A stretch of 64,000 bases of DNA from an uncultured virus (IMG/VR IMGVR_UViG_3300012665_000499) (Duplodnaviria > Heunggongvirae > Uroviricota > Caudoviricetes). The notes beneath the pieces were generated by a model. The model worked only from the letters and a program-made list of their open reading frames with translations. It did no database searches and had not been told where the DNA came from. The position numbers and the translations under genes were made by a program. Each line of letters begins with the position of its first letter. Within the stretch, counting starts at the first letter, position 1. The stretch is from the IMG/VR virus record IMGVR_UViG_3300012665_000499; one strand, given 5' to 3'. This document shows, piece after piece, positions 39,221 through 48,237 of this stretch.

Positions 39221-39875
39221 GATGGTTCTCGCATGAAGATACTGGGCAGAATTTACACAGTGCGGAGCTACGTGGGTTCCATACCCCGAGGTCTACCGCT
39301 TTCTCAATCGCATCAGCCCTACCCGCCCATTTCGATAGGATTGTTGGTAAGTCGGCACGAGCGAACTCGGCCTTAATAACGTCGTTGATAACTACAAATA
39401 AAAGGACGCCCTTGACGGTGTTCACCTCGGGGTGATGCAACATCACCATAGCAGCCATAAGCTCAAGCTGCGCCGTATCTGCGTACCGACTGGACTTCCC
39501 TGTCTTGTAGTCAGCTACCCTTGCAATTCCCTTTTCATGGTTGATCGCGAGGTAATCCGGAATACCCCTGAACCATACAGCTTTGTCGAAGAACTCGCAA
39601 GGGGTGAAGTCTGCCTTGATGGCCATTCTTTCTTCGCAACGGATGTCGCCTTCTGCGTTGGCAAGAGGTTCCACGAATGGCTTGTAGTTTGCAAAACTTT
39701 CTGGTAATGGTTTCTTATCACGGATGTGTTCTTCAAAGGCTTTGTGTACGGCTGTGCCATATAGTGTTGCCTCGGTGTCTTTCGATTTGAATTTTTTAAG
39801 GATACGAACTTCATGGTACCTGCGGGGGCAGCCCTCGAAGTCTTTGATTGACGAATAGGAATGAGCAAGTGCCAT
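39210..39875 (-). CDS. PD-(D/E)XK exonuclease, Cas4-like with Fe-S cysteines
   Basis: SYS....F..CP, GTAVH, PD, DYKTGK, QL, CKFCP...C. Confidence 0.85.
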   Translation of the reverse strand: MALAHSYSSIKDFEGCPRRYHEVRILKKFKSKDTEATLYGTAVHKAFEEHIRDKKPLPESFANYKPFVEPLANAEGDIRCEERMAIKADFTPCEFFDKAVWFRGIPDYLAINHEKGIARVADYKTGKSSRYADTAQLELMAAMVMLHHPEVNTVKGVLLFVVINDVIKAEFARADLPTILSKWAGRADAIEKAVDLGVWNPRSSALCKFCPVSSCENHRGN

Positions 39876-39907
39876 GAGTTTCTTTGGTTGGTTTGGGTGT
39901 CAGTATT

Positions 39908-41806
39908 TTAACAGTCTCCATAACTCGCCCCTATACCTGATTCGCATGCTAAGGGTAAACCCTGCGCCCACTTGGGTCGCCACGACATACATTCCTCGAC
40001 GTACGCCTTAGCCTCCGCAGCTTCTTCAATCTTGGCTATGCAAGCCACCGCATCGTGTACGGTAAGCACCACTTTGTATCTTTGAGAAATCTTCAGCATC
40101 TGCTCAGCCACCACGCAGCGCGCTACCGCTTGGGTGAAGTTCTCCACGACCTTGCCGCCGTAGATGTTCGTGGTCACGCCCTTGGATGTGTAGAGCCACT
40201 TGGCTTTGCCGTTCTCATCAAACTCTTTGCGTAAGTCAGGGTATTGAATGAACAGGCCGTTAGGAAGTGATAGTCCCTTCCCCGGTACAGCGTGAATAAT
40301 CCCCGTGGCATCCACCTGCTTACCGTTATTGCTAGCCAAGGCAGCTAGCGCATCTTCCGCACTACGCCATAGCGCCGGGATTCGGCTGTACGTATTCCTG
40401 TACGTATTGATAATGCGCTTAGCCTCATCCTCGGTCACGTCCACACCCGCCATAGTTTTCAGGAACAGTTTCAGCTTGGCGTGACCTACCCCATACCCTG
40501 CCCCAAGCACTACGGTCTTACCTACCTGACGCTGACTACCTGCACCCTGCGTAACTTGTATCTGCGGGATACCGTAAATCTGCGATGCCATGATGGTGTA
40601 CACATCGTCTTTATTCTCAAACGCCTGTACCAAGTCCGCTTGCCCTGCAAGCCAAGCCAACGTACGCGCTTCGATCTGCGCAGAGTCACAGTCAATAACT
40701 ACATGCCCGGGTGGGGCTAGCATGGACTTCTTAATACGCCCTGCGTTCTCGCCACGGGACGGTAGGTTCTGCAGGTTAACCGAGTCCTGTCCGCTCCACC
40801 TGCCGCTGTGGGCACCGTAGTAGCGTAGTGGCACTGGGAACTTGCCCCGCTGCGCCATCTCTATAAATCGTTGTGTACGGGTTTCCTCGAGCGTAGACTT
40901 GTTCCCAAGCCGTGCTGCCACGATTGTCTGCACACGCTCATCCGTACTTTCCTGCAAGGCTTTGAGCCCCTCGTCTGTCTTGGCAAATGCAAACGCTACC
41001 TTGCCTGTAGTAGGGCTGATCTTGGTGGGCGGCTCTACTCCATACGAACTCAACAGCGTAGCGAACTTGTCGTTAGACATCAGCAGCTTCTTGATACCCG
41101 CCATGCCGTCACTAAAGATTGCGTGTACATAGTCAGGGTCAGCAGTTGCAAGCATCGTGTCGCGTACCGATTCCATCAGGGCTTGCTTGCGGTCTTGTAC
41201 CTCAGTCAGATGTTTGCGTAGCATGGGCTCGTCTAACACCAGCACAGGGTCGATGAACATACGCAGGGTTAGGTCGAGTAGTCGCAACTCAATCTTAGGG
41301 AACCCCATTGCCATGTACTTATCAAACAGCAGCTTGGTCAGGTCGGTATCGTTGCAGCAGTAGTTACCGTACACAGCCAAGTCCAACTCACTGAAGTCCT
41401 TGTAGCGCATGCCGATAGCCTTCGCTACCTCGTTACCCTTGACTCCCACACCCATACGCTCCGCTTGGGACTTGAGACTATGTGACCGCTCATGCGGGAA
41501 CAACGCACGGGACATACCCATGATGTCAATCCACAGCAGCGGGTTCACATCGTACCGCCAGTTAAGTATGGCTCCATCAAACGCAGTGTTCTGACAGATG
41601 ACCAGCTTATCCGACCAGTCCGTCTTACGCAGCACCTTGTCTACCCTAGGCTGCGGCACCCATACCGTAGGGTTGTCGTCTAGCTTGAGCGAGATACCGA
41701 TGGTCTCAAACTGCGGAGAGCGCACGTACTCTTCCGTAGTAGATTTGGAGAGTGAGAAGTCCTTGCTGTAAAACGTCTCAAGGTCACAGGTTACTAAGTG
41801 TGTCAT
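39908..41806 (-). CDS. polA: Family A DNA polymerase with 3'-5' exonuclease
   Basis: DLET, NTAFD, YCCND exo motifs; NLQNLP, DSAQIEAR (A), RQVGKTVVLGAGYG (B), VHDA (C). Confidence 0.92.
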   Translation of the reverse strand: MTHLVTCDLETFYSKDFSLSKSTTEEYVRSPQFETIGISLKLDDNPTVWVPQPRVDKVLRKTDWSDKLVICQNTAFDGAILNWRYDVNPLLWIDIMGMSRALFPHERSHSLKSQAERMGVGVKGNEVAKAIGMRYKDFSELDLAVYGNYCCNDTDLTKLLFDKYMAMGFPKIELRLLDLTLRMFIDPVLVLDEPMLRKHLTEVQDRKQALMESVRDTMLATADPDYVHAIFSDGMAGIKKLLMSNDKFATLLSSYGVEPPTKISPTTGKVAFAFAKTDEGLKALQESTDERVQTIVAARLGNKSTLEETRTQRFIEMAQRGKFPVPLRYYGAHSGRWSGQDSVNLQNLPSRGENAGRIKKSMLAPPGHVVIDCDSAQIEARTLAWLAGQADLVQAFENKDDVYTIMASQIYGIPQIQVTQGAGSQRQVGKTVVLGAGYGVGHAKLKLFLKTMAGVDVTEDEAKRIINTYRNTYSRIPALWRSAEDALAALASNNGKQVDATGIIHAVPGKGLSLPNGLFIQYPDLRKEFDENGKAKWLYTSKGVTTNIYGGKVVENFTQAVARCVVAEQMLKISQRYKVVLTVHDAVACIAKIEEAAEAKAYVEECMSWRPKWAQGLPLACESGIGASYGDC

Positions 41807-42270
41807 GTGGAACTGCCGCCGGTTGGGTATATGTTTTGTGCTGCGTTTGCATACTGGGCGTGGTTTTGCTGATTTAGGGCTCGCATTTGTTGCAGTTCCG
41901 ATTTAGTCATGGAGGCCACCAACGAGCTACCCTGCTGTCCCATCAGCGCACCGGGAAGCATGTTTGTTATCTTGCCTTTTTGTGGGGATGCTCGCCCCAA
42001 CCTTGAGTCTCGTTGTGGGTCTTCATCATTCACAAGTAGTTTGCGCAACACATACTCCATCAACTTGTTCTCATGCAGTTGTTGTGAGGCAGCCATAATG
42101 GCTTCTACGTCCCGCTTGGACATAATGTGGAAGCCACCTATATCGTCGCCCTCAATAAGGTATTTCATAACTCCCCAAAAGCGTTCGCCCGGTTCAAAGT
42201 CTTCAGGGTGTGTTGCCATTCTCTCGATCAGCATCTTCGCGGCGTCGGAGCAGTTCAGTTCTTGTGTCAT
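41803..42270 (-). CDS. Hypothetical protein
   Basis: ATGA overlap with polA; LIERM.THPEDF. Confidence 0.65.
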   Translation of the reverse strand: MTQELNCSDAAKMLIERMATHPEDFEPGERFWGVMKYLIEGDDIGGFHIMSKRDVEAIMAASQQLHENKLMEYVLRKLLVNDEDPQRDSRLGRASPQKGKITNMLPGALMGQQGSSLVASMTKSELQQMRALNQQNHAQYANAAQNIYPTGGSST

Positions 42271-42409
42271 TGGTTGTTCCTTGAATTTTCTTAGCGTACG
42301 CTGCGCGTTTACGCAGCACGTTTTTTACGCGTTGGGCTTCCCGTTGTCTCATCGGTTCGATGTGCGCGTTCAAAAAGTCTGTAATTGGATCGTCGGGTTC
42401 CGAGGTCAT
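42203..42409 (-). CDS. Possible small protein overlapping both neighbours
   Basis: GGAGGA RBS before ATG 42409, but long overlaps. Confidence 0.35.
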   Translation of the reverse strand: MTSEPDDPITDFLNAHIEPMRQREAQRVKNVLRKRAAYAKKIQGTTNDTRTELLRRREDADRENGNTP

Positions 42410-42671
42410 TGAGTTCCTCCAAGTTAGTTTCATTGATTACTAAGGCAAGCCCTCCCGCCTCCTCGATGCGGCGCAGGTTATGTATCTGCAAGTCCGTGGG
42501 TTTGTTCGTACCTGCCTTAGCCTCGATACCAATGAACCGTCCACCAAGGCATGCAAGGATATCAGGTGTCCCGTTGTTGGCATGCAAGCCGCCTATGTAG
42601 TTCACAGCATACGCACCCTGCGCTTTGAGCGCAGCATGAATCTTCACTTTGACTTTGGCTTCGGGGGTCAC
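42309..42671 (-). CDS. VRR-NUC nuclease / putative Holliday junction resolvase
   Basis: TPE.KVK, GTPD, FIGIEAKAG, TDLQ, AGG.A.VI. Confidence 0.85.
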   Translation of the reverse strand: MTPEAKVKVKIHAALKAQGAYAVNYIGGLHANNGTPDILACLGGRFIGIEAKAGTNKPTDLQIHNLRRIEEAGGLALVINETNLEELNDLGTRRSNYRLFERAHRTDETTGSPTRKKRAA

Positions 42672-42865
42672 TTCTTAGCCCTCGCCTTTGGCTTGATGGC
42701 AGCTATCCCTTCCTCGACTTTAGGTTGTCGGGCTTCCATGAATTCATCAGCGTAAGCAAGTGCATATTTCACTAAGTCTACGCCCCCCTCTCGGTCACGC
42801 ATCAGTAGCCCTGCCATAGCGAACATGGCAGCTAAGTCTCGTAGGTTTGTGTCGTGTTCAGTCAT
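42668..42865 (-). CDS. Small hypothetical protein
   Basis: LRDLAAMFAMAG, related to 44348..44530. Confidence 0.65.
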   Translation of the reverse strand: MTEHDTNLRDLAAMFAMAGLLMRDREGGVDLVKYALAYADEFMEARQPKVEEGIAAIKPKARAKK

Positions 42866-43032
42866 TTGCTAGCCTCCCATATTAGTCGGCGTATCTCTAC
42901 CATTGCATCCTTGAGGTCGCCTTGGAGTTGCTCGATGTGGTCGTGTTGCTCCTGCATCTTGCGGTATGACTCAGTAGCGAACTGCGCTAGGTTCTCGTTG
43001 TTCCATGCTGCGAAGTTTGGTATGTCGTTCAT
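42862..43032 (-). CDS. Small coiled-coil protein (56 aa, not in track)
   Basis: MNDIPNFAAWNNENLAQFA...; ATGA overlap with the next gene. Confidence 0.6.
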   Translation of the reverse strand: MNDIPNFAAWNNENLAQFATESYRKMQEQHDHIEQLQGDLKDAMVEIRRLIWEASK

Positions 43033-43273
43033 CGTTATCTTTCGTGTTAGGTCTAGGACAATCTTCAGGGGGTACTACTGCACACCATACGGCATGCGGC
43101 GGTTCGTTGGCTACAGGTTTCCATCGGTCAATGTAAGTGTCGGGCATTTCCTTCAACGCATTTCTGACGGAATCAGACTTTAACTCAAGCCGCTCGGATA
43201 ACTCAACAGAGGTGAGTCCATCATGATACTGGTGCAGCATCCTGCGGATGTCGGGATGATTTGACTTACTCAC
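42971..43273 (-). CDS. Winged-HTH-like protein
   Basis: DGLTSVELSERLELKSDSVRNAL. Confidence 0.6.
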   Translation of the reverse strand: MSKSNHPDIRRMLHQYHDGLTSVELSERLELKSDSVRNALKEMPDTYIDRWKPVANEPPHAVWCAVVPPEDCPRPNTKDNDERHTKLRSMEQREPSAVRY

Positions 43274-43551
43274 GTTGGGTAACCCCGGCTCGGTAACTTC
43301 AAAGCATCCGTTGCCCCCGCCCTCACAGGCTCATGCTTCTCAGGCACATACACCTGCCCATCCTTGACATGGTTAAACGTCCGTGGCATTGCTGTGTGTT
43401 CAGTGCGCTCCATAAGAATCGGACCGTCCCCAAAGTGCTTGTATCTATTCTTGTTGTTTGGCGTAAAAGGAATTGCCCCAAGGGATGCGGTTCTATTTAC
43501 ACGCGTGGCTTGCTTCTTCATGAGGTTGGGGTTACCTGCTGCTAGTTTCAT
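43270..43551 (-). CDS. Hypothetical protein
   Basis: C-term RAGATDALKLPSRG; overlap coupling. Confidence 0.6.
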   Translation of the reverse strand: MKLAAGNPNLMKKQATRVNRTASLGAIPFTPNNKNRYKHFGDGPILMERTEHTAMPRTFNHVKDGQVYVPEKHEPVRAGATDALKLPSRGYPT

Positions 43552-43560
43552 TTCAGTTCC

Positions 43561-43668
43561 TTAAAACGGTGCAGCGGGTAGCTGCTCTTGCTTCTGTTGT
43601 TGGTATGCCTTCTCTTGTTTCTTAGTCCAAGGGACGGCTCCGGTGGCTGGTGGGAAAGGCCATGTCAT
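43561..43668 (-). CDS. Very small protein (35 aa)
   Basis: MTWPFPP...LPAAPF; ATGA overlap; fills the gap. Confidence 0.5.
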   Translation of the reverse strand: MTWPFPPATGAVPWTKKQEKAYQQQKQEQLPAAPF

Positions 43669-43877
43669 TCCACCACCTCCTGCTTTGCGGTCAAGGATTC
43701 CAAGCGTTTAATCCGTGCCACGTTGTAGGCAACAATGGCTGCGTGGTACTCCTGTGCGGACTGGTGGCGCAGCTTGCTACGCTGCGCGTGTATCAGTTCC
43801 TCTGCGATTAGTTCCGCAGGGGTCGGCATTACCCAGTGGTTTATTAACCATTCCCATGCTTGTTTTAAGTGGTTCAT
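43665..43877 (-). CDS. Small coiled-coil protein
   Basis: GAGG RBS; packed ORF. Confidence 0.6.
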   Translation of the reverse strand: MNHLKQAWEWLINHWVMPTPAELIAEELIHAQRSKLRHQSAQEYHAAIVAYNVARIKRLESLTAKQEVVE

Positions 43878-43886
43878 TCTGCTACC

Positions 43887-44351
43887 TCACTTCAACGCAG
43901 TGGTTATCTTGCCTAACTTGCCTTCTTTCTCTAGCTCCGCAAGGGTAGCTAAAGCAGTCGCAGCACGTTCAAGTAGGGTGACGTAGCGTTCTAGGTTTGC
44001 GAAGTTTGCGGTCTTCTCCATCTTGACTAGCCCTGACGCTAGGTCGTCTGCTGCCTTACGCACGTTGCCTGATACCTTCTTTACGTTGGCTTGCAATTCG
44101 TCTGCGGTCTCCATCAACTTACTGACATTGCGCTTAAACATTTTCTCCGCAGTCTCGGTTATCTCTGTGGCTTTTTCGTAATCTGTTGAAATCATTTTTG
44201 CTTTCCTTGTAATGTATGTACCTGACTCTGTTGTCAATTCGTCTGCTATGGCTCTAGTGATTCTGCCCACCGACCAACCCGGTCCATTTTTATCTATTAC
44301 GTCGGGCTTAGACTGTGTGAACCCGGGGTTCACGCCTATGTAGTAACTCAT
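43887..44351 (-). CDS. Coiled-coil hypothetical protein
   Basis: Heptad-rich C-half; ATGA overlap. Confidence 0.6.
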   Translation of the reverse strand: MSYYIGVNPGFTQSKPDVIDKNGPGWSVGRITRAIADELTTESGTYITRKAKMISTDYEKATEITETAEKMFKRNVSKLMETADELQANVKKVSGNVRKAADDLASGLVKMEKTANFANLERYVTLLERAATALATLAELEKEGKLGKITTALK

Positions 44352-44530
44352 GTCTCCCTCGCTTTCATCATTGCGTCTGCCATTTGATACGCTTGTACCG
44401 CTACTCTAGTCCAGTTAGCCCCATCGTAGCCAGTCAAGTCTGCTTGCATAGCCTTGGCTGCAAAGTAATCACGCAGGGTCATGCTCACCGCATGGTCTTG
44501 GGTAAAGTATTGAAGTGGTGCTTGTGTCAT
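44348..44530 (-). CDS. Small conserved phage protein
   Basis: MTLRDYFAAKAMQA...AYQMADAM..AR. Confidence 0.75.
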   Translation of the reverse strand: MTQAPLQYFTQDHAVSMTLRDYFAAKAMQADLTGYDGANWTRVAVQAYQMADAMMKARET

Positions 44531-44739
44531 TTGAAAACTCCTTTGGCTAATACAACCTTGGTAGGTTCACATTGCACTGTCTGCGACTGCTTGCTAACGA
44601 AATATCCCAAGCAAAAGCAGACGACAAAAAAGATACCAACGCACTTAAAGAACGTCATCAAGTAACCCCACATCCTGTCGAACACGGGGCGCGTTTCATC
44701 TTCTGTAACGTCGATCAGGTCAATTTTTATCTTGCTCAT
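44527..44739 (-). CDS. Small membrane protein
   Basis: AGGAG RBS; single TM helix. Confidence 0.55.
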   Translation of the reverse strand: MSKIKIDLIDVTEDETRPVFDRMWGYLMTFFKCVGIFFVVCFCLGYFVSKQSQTVQCEPTKVVLAKGVFK

Positions 44740-44971
44740 TCTCATCTCCTTCTTCAAACTGAACTTCATACATTTCGGCAAGGTTACGCACCACGCTAGC
44801 AAACGTAACCTCCGCCTCGATTGCAGAAAACACTAGGGCGTAGCTAAGCGCAGTCAGTCTCATGCTCGGGTCTTTGCCACACATACTCATGATGAATTCC
44901 ACCTTAGCCTGTACTGCCTTAGCCTCTGCTTCGCTAGCACCTTTCGCCGCAATACTGGGCTTGTCGCTCAT
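44720..44971 (-). CDS. Hypothetical protein
   Basis: Packed ORF, ATGA overlap. Confidence 0.55.
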   Translation of the reverse strand: MSDKPSIAAKGASEAEAKAVQAKVEFIMSMCGKDPSMRLTALSYALVFSAIEAEVTFASVVRNLAEMYEVQFEEGDENEQDKN

Positions 44972-45507
44972 ACAGCTTCCCCGAAGATTGTCTTGAGTTT
45001 CTGCATAAGAATCTTGGCTTGGCGTACATTGAGTGTGTCGATGTACTTGTCCATGTCGTCCGCTGTGCGGTGCATGATTAACTGCGCTCGCTTCTCAACT
45101 GGTGGGTCTAAGTCCATGTGGACAACAGGGATTGCTTCAACACGCTCTCGAGCTTTTGTCTTGGGCTTAACCTTAGAATACTTTTTCTTCTGACTCTGCA
45201 TAAGCGGTTTGTACTCAGCGACATTGGCGTACATCGTCCCATCGGGTTCTTGCCGAAACAGCCGTTGCTTAATCATTATTGATAGTAGTGATGTGGTAGA
45301 GGCTTGCTTGAACCCTTGCGCGTCAAGTGCTCGAATTGCCTCTTGCCGAGTGCAGCCGGGGTTGTCACGCACATAGTTAAATGTGGTGCGCGTTACGTTG
45401 TTGGTAATGCCGAACCGGTTTGTGAGTGTGGGTGTGGGCGCAGGTGTGGGTTTAGTTTCCCAGCTAGTGATGGCTTCTTGCAATTTTTGTCCTAGTAGTG
45501 ATGTCAT
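44968..45507 (-). CDS. Winged-helix-like hypothetical protein
   Basis: TFNYVRDNPGCTRQEAI..L...G......SLL. Confidence 0.6.
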   Translation of the reverse strand: MTSLLGQKLQEAITSWETKPTPAPTPTLTNRFGITNNVTRTTFNYVRDNPGCTRQEAIRALDAQGFKQASTTSLLSIMIKQRLFRQEPDGTMYANVAEYKPLMQSQKKKYSKVKPKTKARERVEAIPVVHMDLDPPVEKRAQLIMHRTADDMDKYIDTLNVRQAKILMQKLKTIFGEAV

Positions 45508-45508
45508 G

Positions 45509-45652
45509 TTAGTCCTCGTATTTGGTTAGTTCTTCAATAGTTCGCTCAGCCATCTCTAGCCTTTCGGCTAGGAGTACGACCAGTTGGCTCTTCTCGTTTT
45601 GCAGGTAGACCTCCCGAAGGAGTTCCTCGTTGGTTAGGTTGTCGTAATTCAT
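45509..45652 (-). CDS. Small protein (47 aa, not in track)
   Basis: MNYDNLTNEELLR...LAERLE; fills the gap. Confidence 0.55.
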   Translation of the reverse strand: MNYDNLTNEELLREVYLQNEKSQLVVLLAERLEMAERTIEELTKYED

Positions 45653-45897
45653 AGTCCTTCTTTCAGGTTGATAAAGTCAATCAGGTTGTATTGGTCATCC
45701 GTAGCAAAGTACAGCAACTTTTCCGGCGGTGGTTGCGCCGCCATCACTATGTGCCCACCTACCGTAGCCACGGCGAGTACATCTTTGAGCCACTGCGCCA
45801 TGTGCGCCACAGGGCGGGTGATATGGGTTTTTTCTTTCCCCTTCCATGTAGTAAGCATGAACTCACCGCCTTGTTCTTGGTATCTAAACTCCATCAT
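45649..45897 (-). CDS. Hypothetical protein
   Basis: Packed ORF. Confidence 0.5.
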   Translation of the reverse strand: MMEFRYQEQGGEFMLTTWKGKEKTHITRPVAHMAQWLKDVLAVATVGGHIVMAAQPPPEKLLYFATDDQYNLIDFINLKEGL

Positions 45898-46768
45898 TGC
45901 CCCAATCAAATGCAGAGAGAATCTCATCGACCTTCTGCTTGGTTAATACACGGGTACCATCTTCCTCCCGCAGTTCTTTGGGAGTTACTCCGGACAATAC
46001 CCCCTCAAGCTTACGCCTAGCTTTCTCCAACTCAGGGTCGTTGGTTACATTCATGGCGGTCAGCAACCCACACAACTCCAACGCTCCAGTCACCACGGTG
46101 TCGTGGAACACCGCCTTCTTGCCGTCCTCATCTACGGTCAAGCGTGTGCTTAGTCGGGTCAGTGCCTCATGCAGTCGTGACCATGAATCTTGGGTAGCCG
46201 TAGCCAACTGGTCAGCGAGGCGTTTGTCGTACTGCTCCATTAGTTCTCGCTGTACCTCGCTCTCTACATCTAACCGAAAGTCTCCCGAAGTTGGTAGCGG
46301 TACGAACGCAATGTCCATACGAAACCTACGCGCCACCTGATGACGGTCAGGGTATTCCTCACGGTCGAACAGCGTACCCAACTGGAACGCAGCAGCAGCC
46401 ACCAAGGTCTCGTACTTGTCAAGGAACGCATCCACCAACATCTGAAACTCGTTTTGGTATCTGTTCATCACGCCCTTGTAGTCGAGCAATGACGCAGTAG
46501 GCAGCAGCCGTGCGCCCCTATCGTTCCAAGGTAGTGTGAGTCTGTAATGCTCGCTACGGGCACGGGCTTGGAACTTAGTCACCGCCTCCAATTCCTTACA
46601 CTCAGCGAACAGGTTCTTGTAGACAGACGCAGCCTTCTTACTGCCTGAACCCTTGGAGAGCGTGACCTCTGCCTGAGTACTCTTGTCCTGCTTGCGCCCC
46701 GAGTAGGTAGCGATATTTAAGTCAACGAGCATGGCAGCCCGAGCAACACCTGCAATATGTGTAGTCAT
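45884..46768 (-). CDS. DUF3150-like helical protein
   Basis: MLVDL.I....GRK.D, TLPW...G.RLLP, N.TNDP.LE. Confidence 0.65.
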   Translation of the reverse strand: MTTHIAGVARAAMLVDLNIATYSGRKQDKSTQAEVTLSKGSGSKKAASVYKNLFAECKELEAVTKFQARARSEHYRLTLPWNDRGARLLPTASLLDYKGVMNRYQNEFQMLVDAFLDKYETLVAAAAFQLGTLFDREEYPDRHQVARRFRMDIAFVPLPTSGDFRLDVESEVQRELMEQYDKRLADQLATATQDSWSRLHEALTRLSTRLTVDEDGKKAVFHDTVVTGALELCGLLTAMNVTNDPELEKARRKLEGVLSGVTPKELREEDGTRVLTKQKVDEILSAFDWGNDGV

Positions 46769-46804
46769 GATTTTCTTTCTGGTTAAAACTTATACCGGTA
46801 TAAG

Positions 46805-47050
46805 TTAGAGTTTAGGAATTAGTTTCAGCGTGTCGTAGTAGTCTTGGCTCATGACAGTAGTCTTTAGCCATCGTGCATCGAGAGGTTTAATCTCGTAGAT
46901 GTATTGCATGCGGTCACCCCGCGTACCTTTGTTGTCCCCCTTGTATGTCTGCTCAATGTGTTCGCAGGTATCCAACAGTTTGTATACCGCCTCCAGCGTG
47001 TGCGTGTCTAGGATTAGGGTACGCCCATCAATATCAAACAAGTGCTTCAT
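46805..47050 (-). CDS. Hypothetical early protein
   Basis: Packed ORF ending at a palindrome. Confidence 0.55.
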   Translation of the reverse strand: MKHLFDIDGRTLILDTHTLEAVYKLLDTCEHIEQTYKGDNKGTRGDRMQYIYEIKPLDARWLKTTVMSQDYYDTLKLIPKL

Positions 47051-47633
47051 CTTCAATCTCCTCAAAAGTTATTTCATTACATTCACACGAATCAATAAAC
47101 GCTTCTTCACTGGTCAGGCTGTCGTACTCATCACGCAGGGACTTGAACAAGTCTTTCGCTAAGTCATTACAGTAGGTGAGAATCTCTGACTCGACACTCA
47201 TGGCATCGAACTGCTCCTCCACCAACTCATGCCACTCATCCACATCGAGTTCTTCAAACAACCCTTCGGGCTCGGTGTAACAGAGTTGCTCTTCCAAGTT
47301 GGATAGCATGTAGTAGCCACCACCTTTACGCACAGTTACATAACTACCGTCTGACTTGCATGCTAGGTACGCAATGGGGTACTGCTCATCGAGTTTCATA
47401 ATCTCCATCCACTCGTACACATACACCTTACCTGCGAACGCAGCCCCATCACCCTGCGAATAGAACCCGCTGAAAACAATGTCGTCCACACGCACCCCCT
47501 TGAGGGCGCAGTCAGCCTTGAAGTTGTCGTAGATAAAGTCCCACCACTCCCATTCGGTAGCGTACCCAGTCCACTTCCAATACTCATCCCTGAAACGCTT
47601 GGGGTAGCGTTCCTTTAGTTCTTTAGCGTCCAT
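47034..47633 (-). CDS. Acidic conserved phage protein
   Basis: GGAG RBS; FSGFYSQGDGA motif; Asp/Glu-rich C-half. Confidence 0.7.
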   Translation of the reverse strand: MDAKELKERYPKRFRDEYWKWTGYATEWEWWDFIYDNFKADCALKGVRVDDIVFSGFYSQGDGAAFAGKVYVYEWMEIMKLDEQYPIAYLACKSDGSYVTVRKGGGYYMLSNLEEQLCYTEPEGLFEELDVDEWHELVEEQFDAMSVESEILTYCNDLAKDLFKSLRDEYDSLTSEEAFIDSCECNEITFEEIEDEALV

Positions 47634-47859
47634 ATTGCTCTCCAATAAGTAGTGCCGTACAAATACCCTCGAGTTCAGTCTTTGCTTCCTCTTGGGTACG
47701 ATAGATAAATATCGCGGGGCTGTCCATTGCCTCACGCAGTTTGGGTGCTACGACTGCACGAACAGCATCGCCATAGGGTTGTATCCAACCCACCCGCATA
47801 TCGTTGATATACAGGTTGCCATGAACAAGTTCCTCTGAGTGGTTCCAAAAGATTTTCAT
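47623..47859 (-). CDS. Hypothetical early protein
   Basis: ATGA overlap with the upstream gene. Confidence 0.5.
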   Translation of the reverse strand: MKIFWNHSEELVHGNLYINDMRVGWIQPYGDAVRAVVAPKLREAMDSPAIFIYRTQEEAKTELEGICTALLIGEQYGR

Positions 47860-48236
47860 ATATTTATGTCCACTACACGGCTGACACAAATAACATTTGC
47901 GGTGTATTCCCCGCCTTCGGTGAATTCAATGTCATCTGTATCCTCACCGAGGCGCACCATCTCGTAGTTGTAGCCCGCGATACCTCCATCGGTATCGTTC
48001 TCTAACATACTAAGCATACGCAGGAACGCTTGAACATCAGGGTAGGAGTCGTACCATTTCACATCCACGATGTTGAATATCAACGCACATCCCTCGTCAC
48101 GCCACTCCATGTTCGCATCGAATAGCGCAACCGTATCTTTGAATGTGGTGCCCATCAACACCTTGAGCATGTCGTACTTTTCTTGGTTGCACTCGTCAGG
48201 GTAGATAACCACGCTTACATCTGAACGGTATCCCAT
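47856..48236 (-). CDS. Acidic conserved phage protein
   Basis: MGYRSDV...VKWYDSY.DV...RLGED..D. Confidence 0.7.
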   Translation of the reverse strand: MGYRSDVSVVIYPDECNQEKYDMLKVLMGTTFKDTVALFDANMEWRDEGCALIFNIVDVKWYDSYPDVQAFLRMLSMLENDTDGGIAGYNYEMVRLGEDTDDIEFTEGGEYTANVICVSRVVDINI

Positions 48237-48237
48237 A

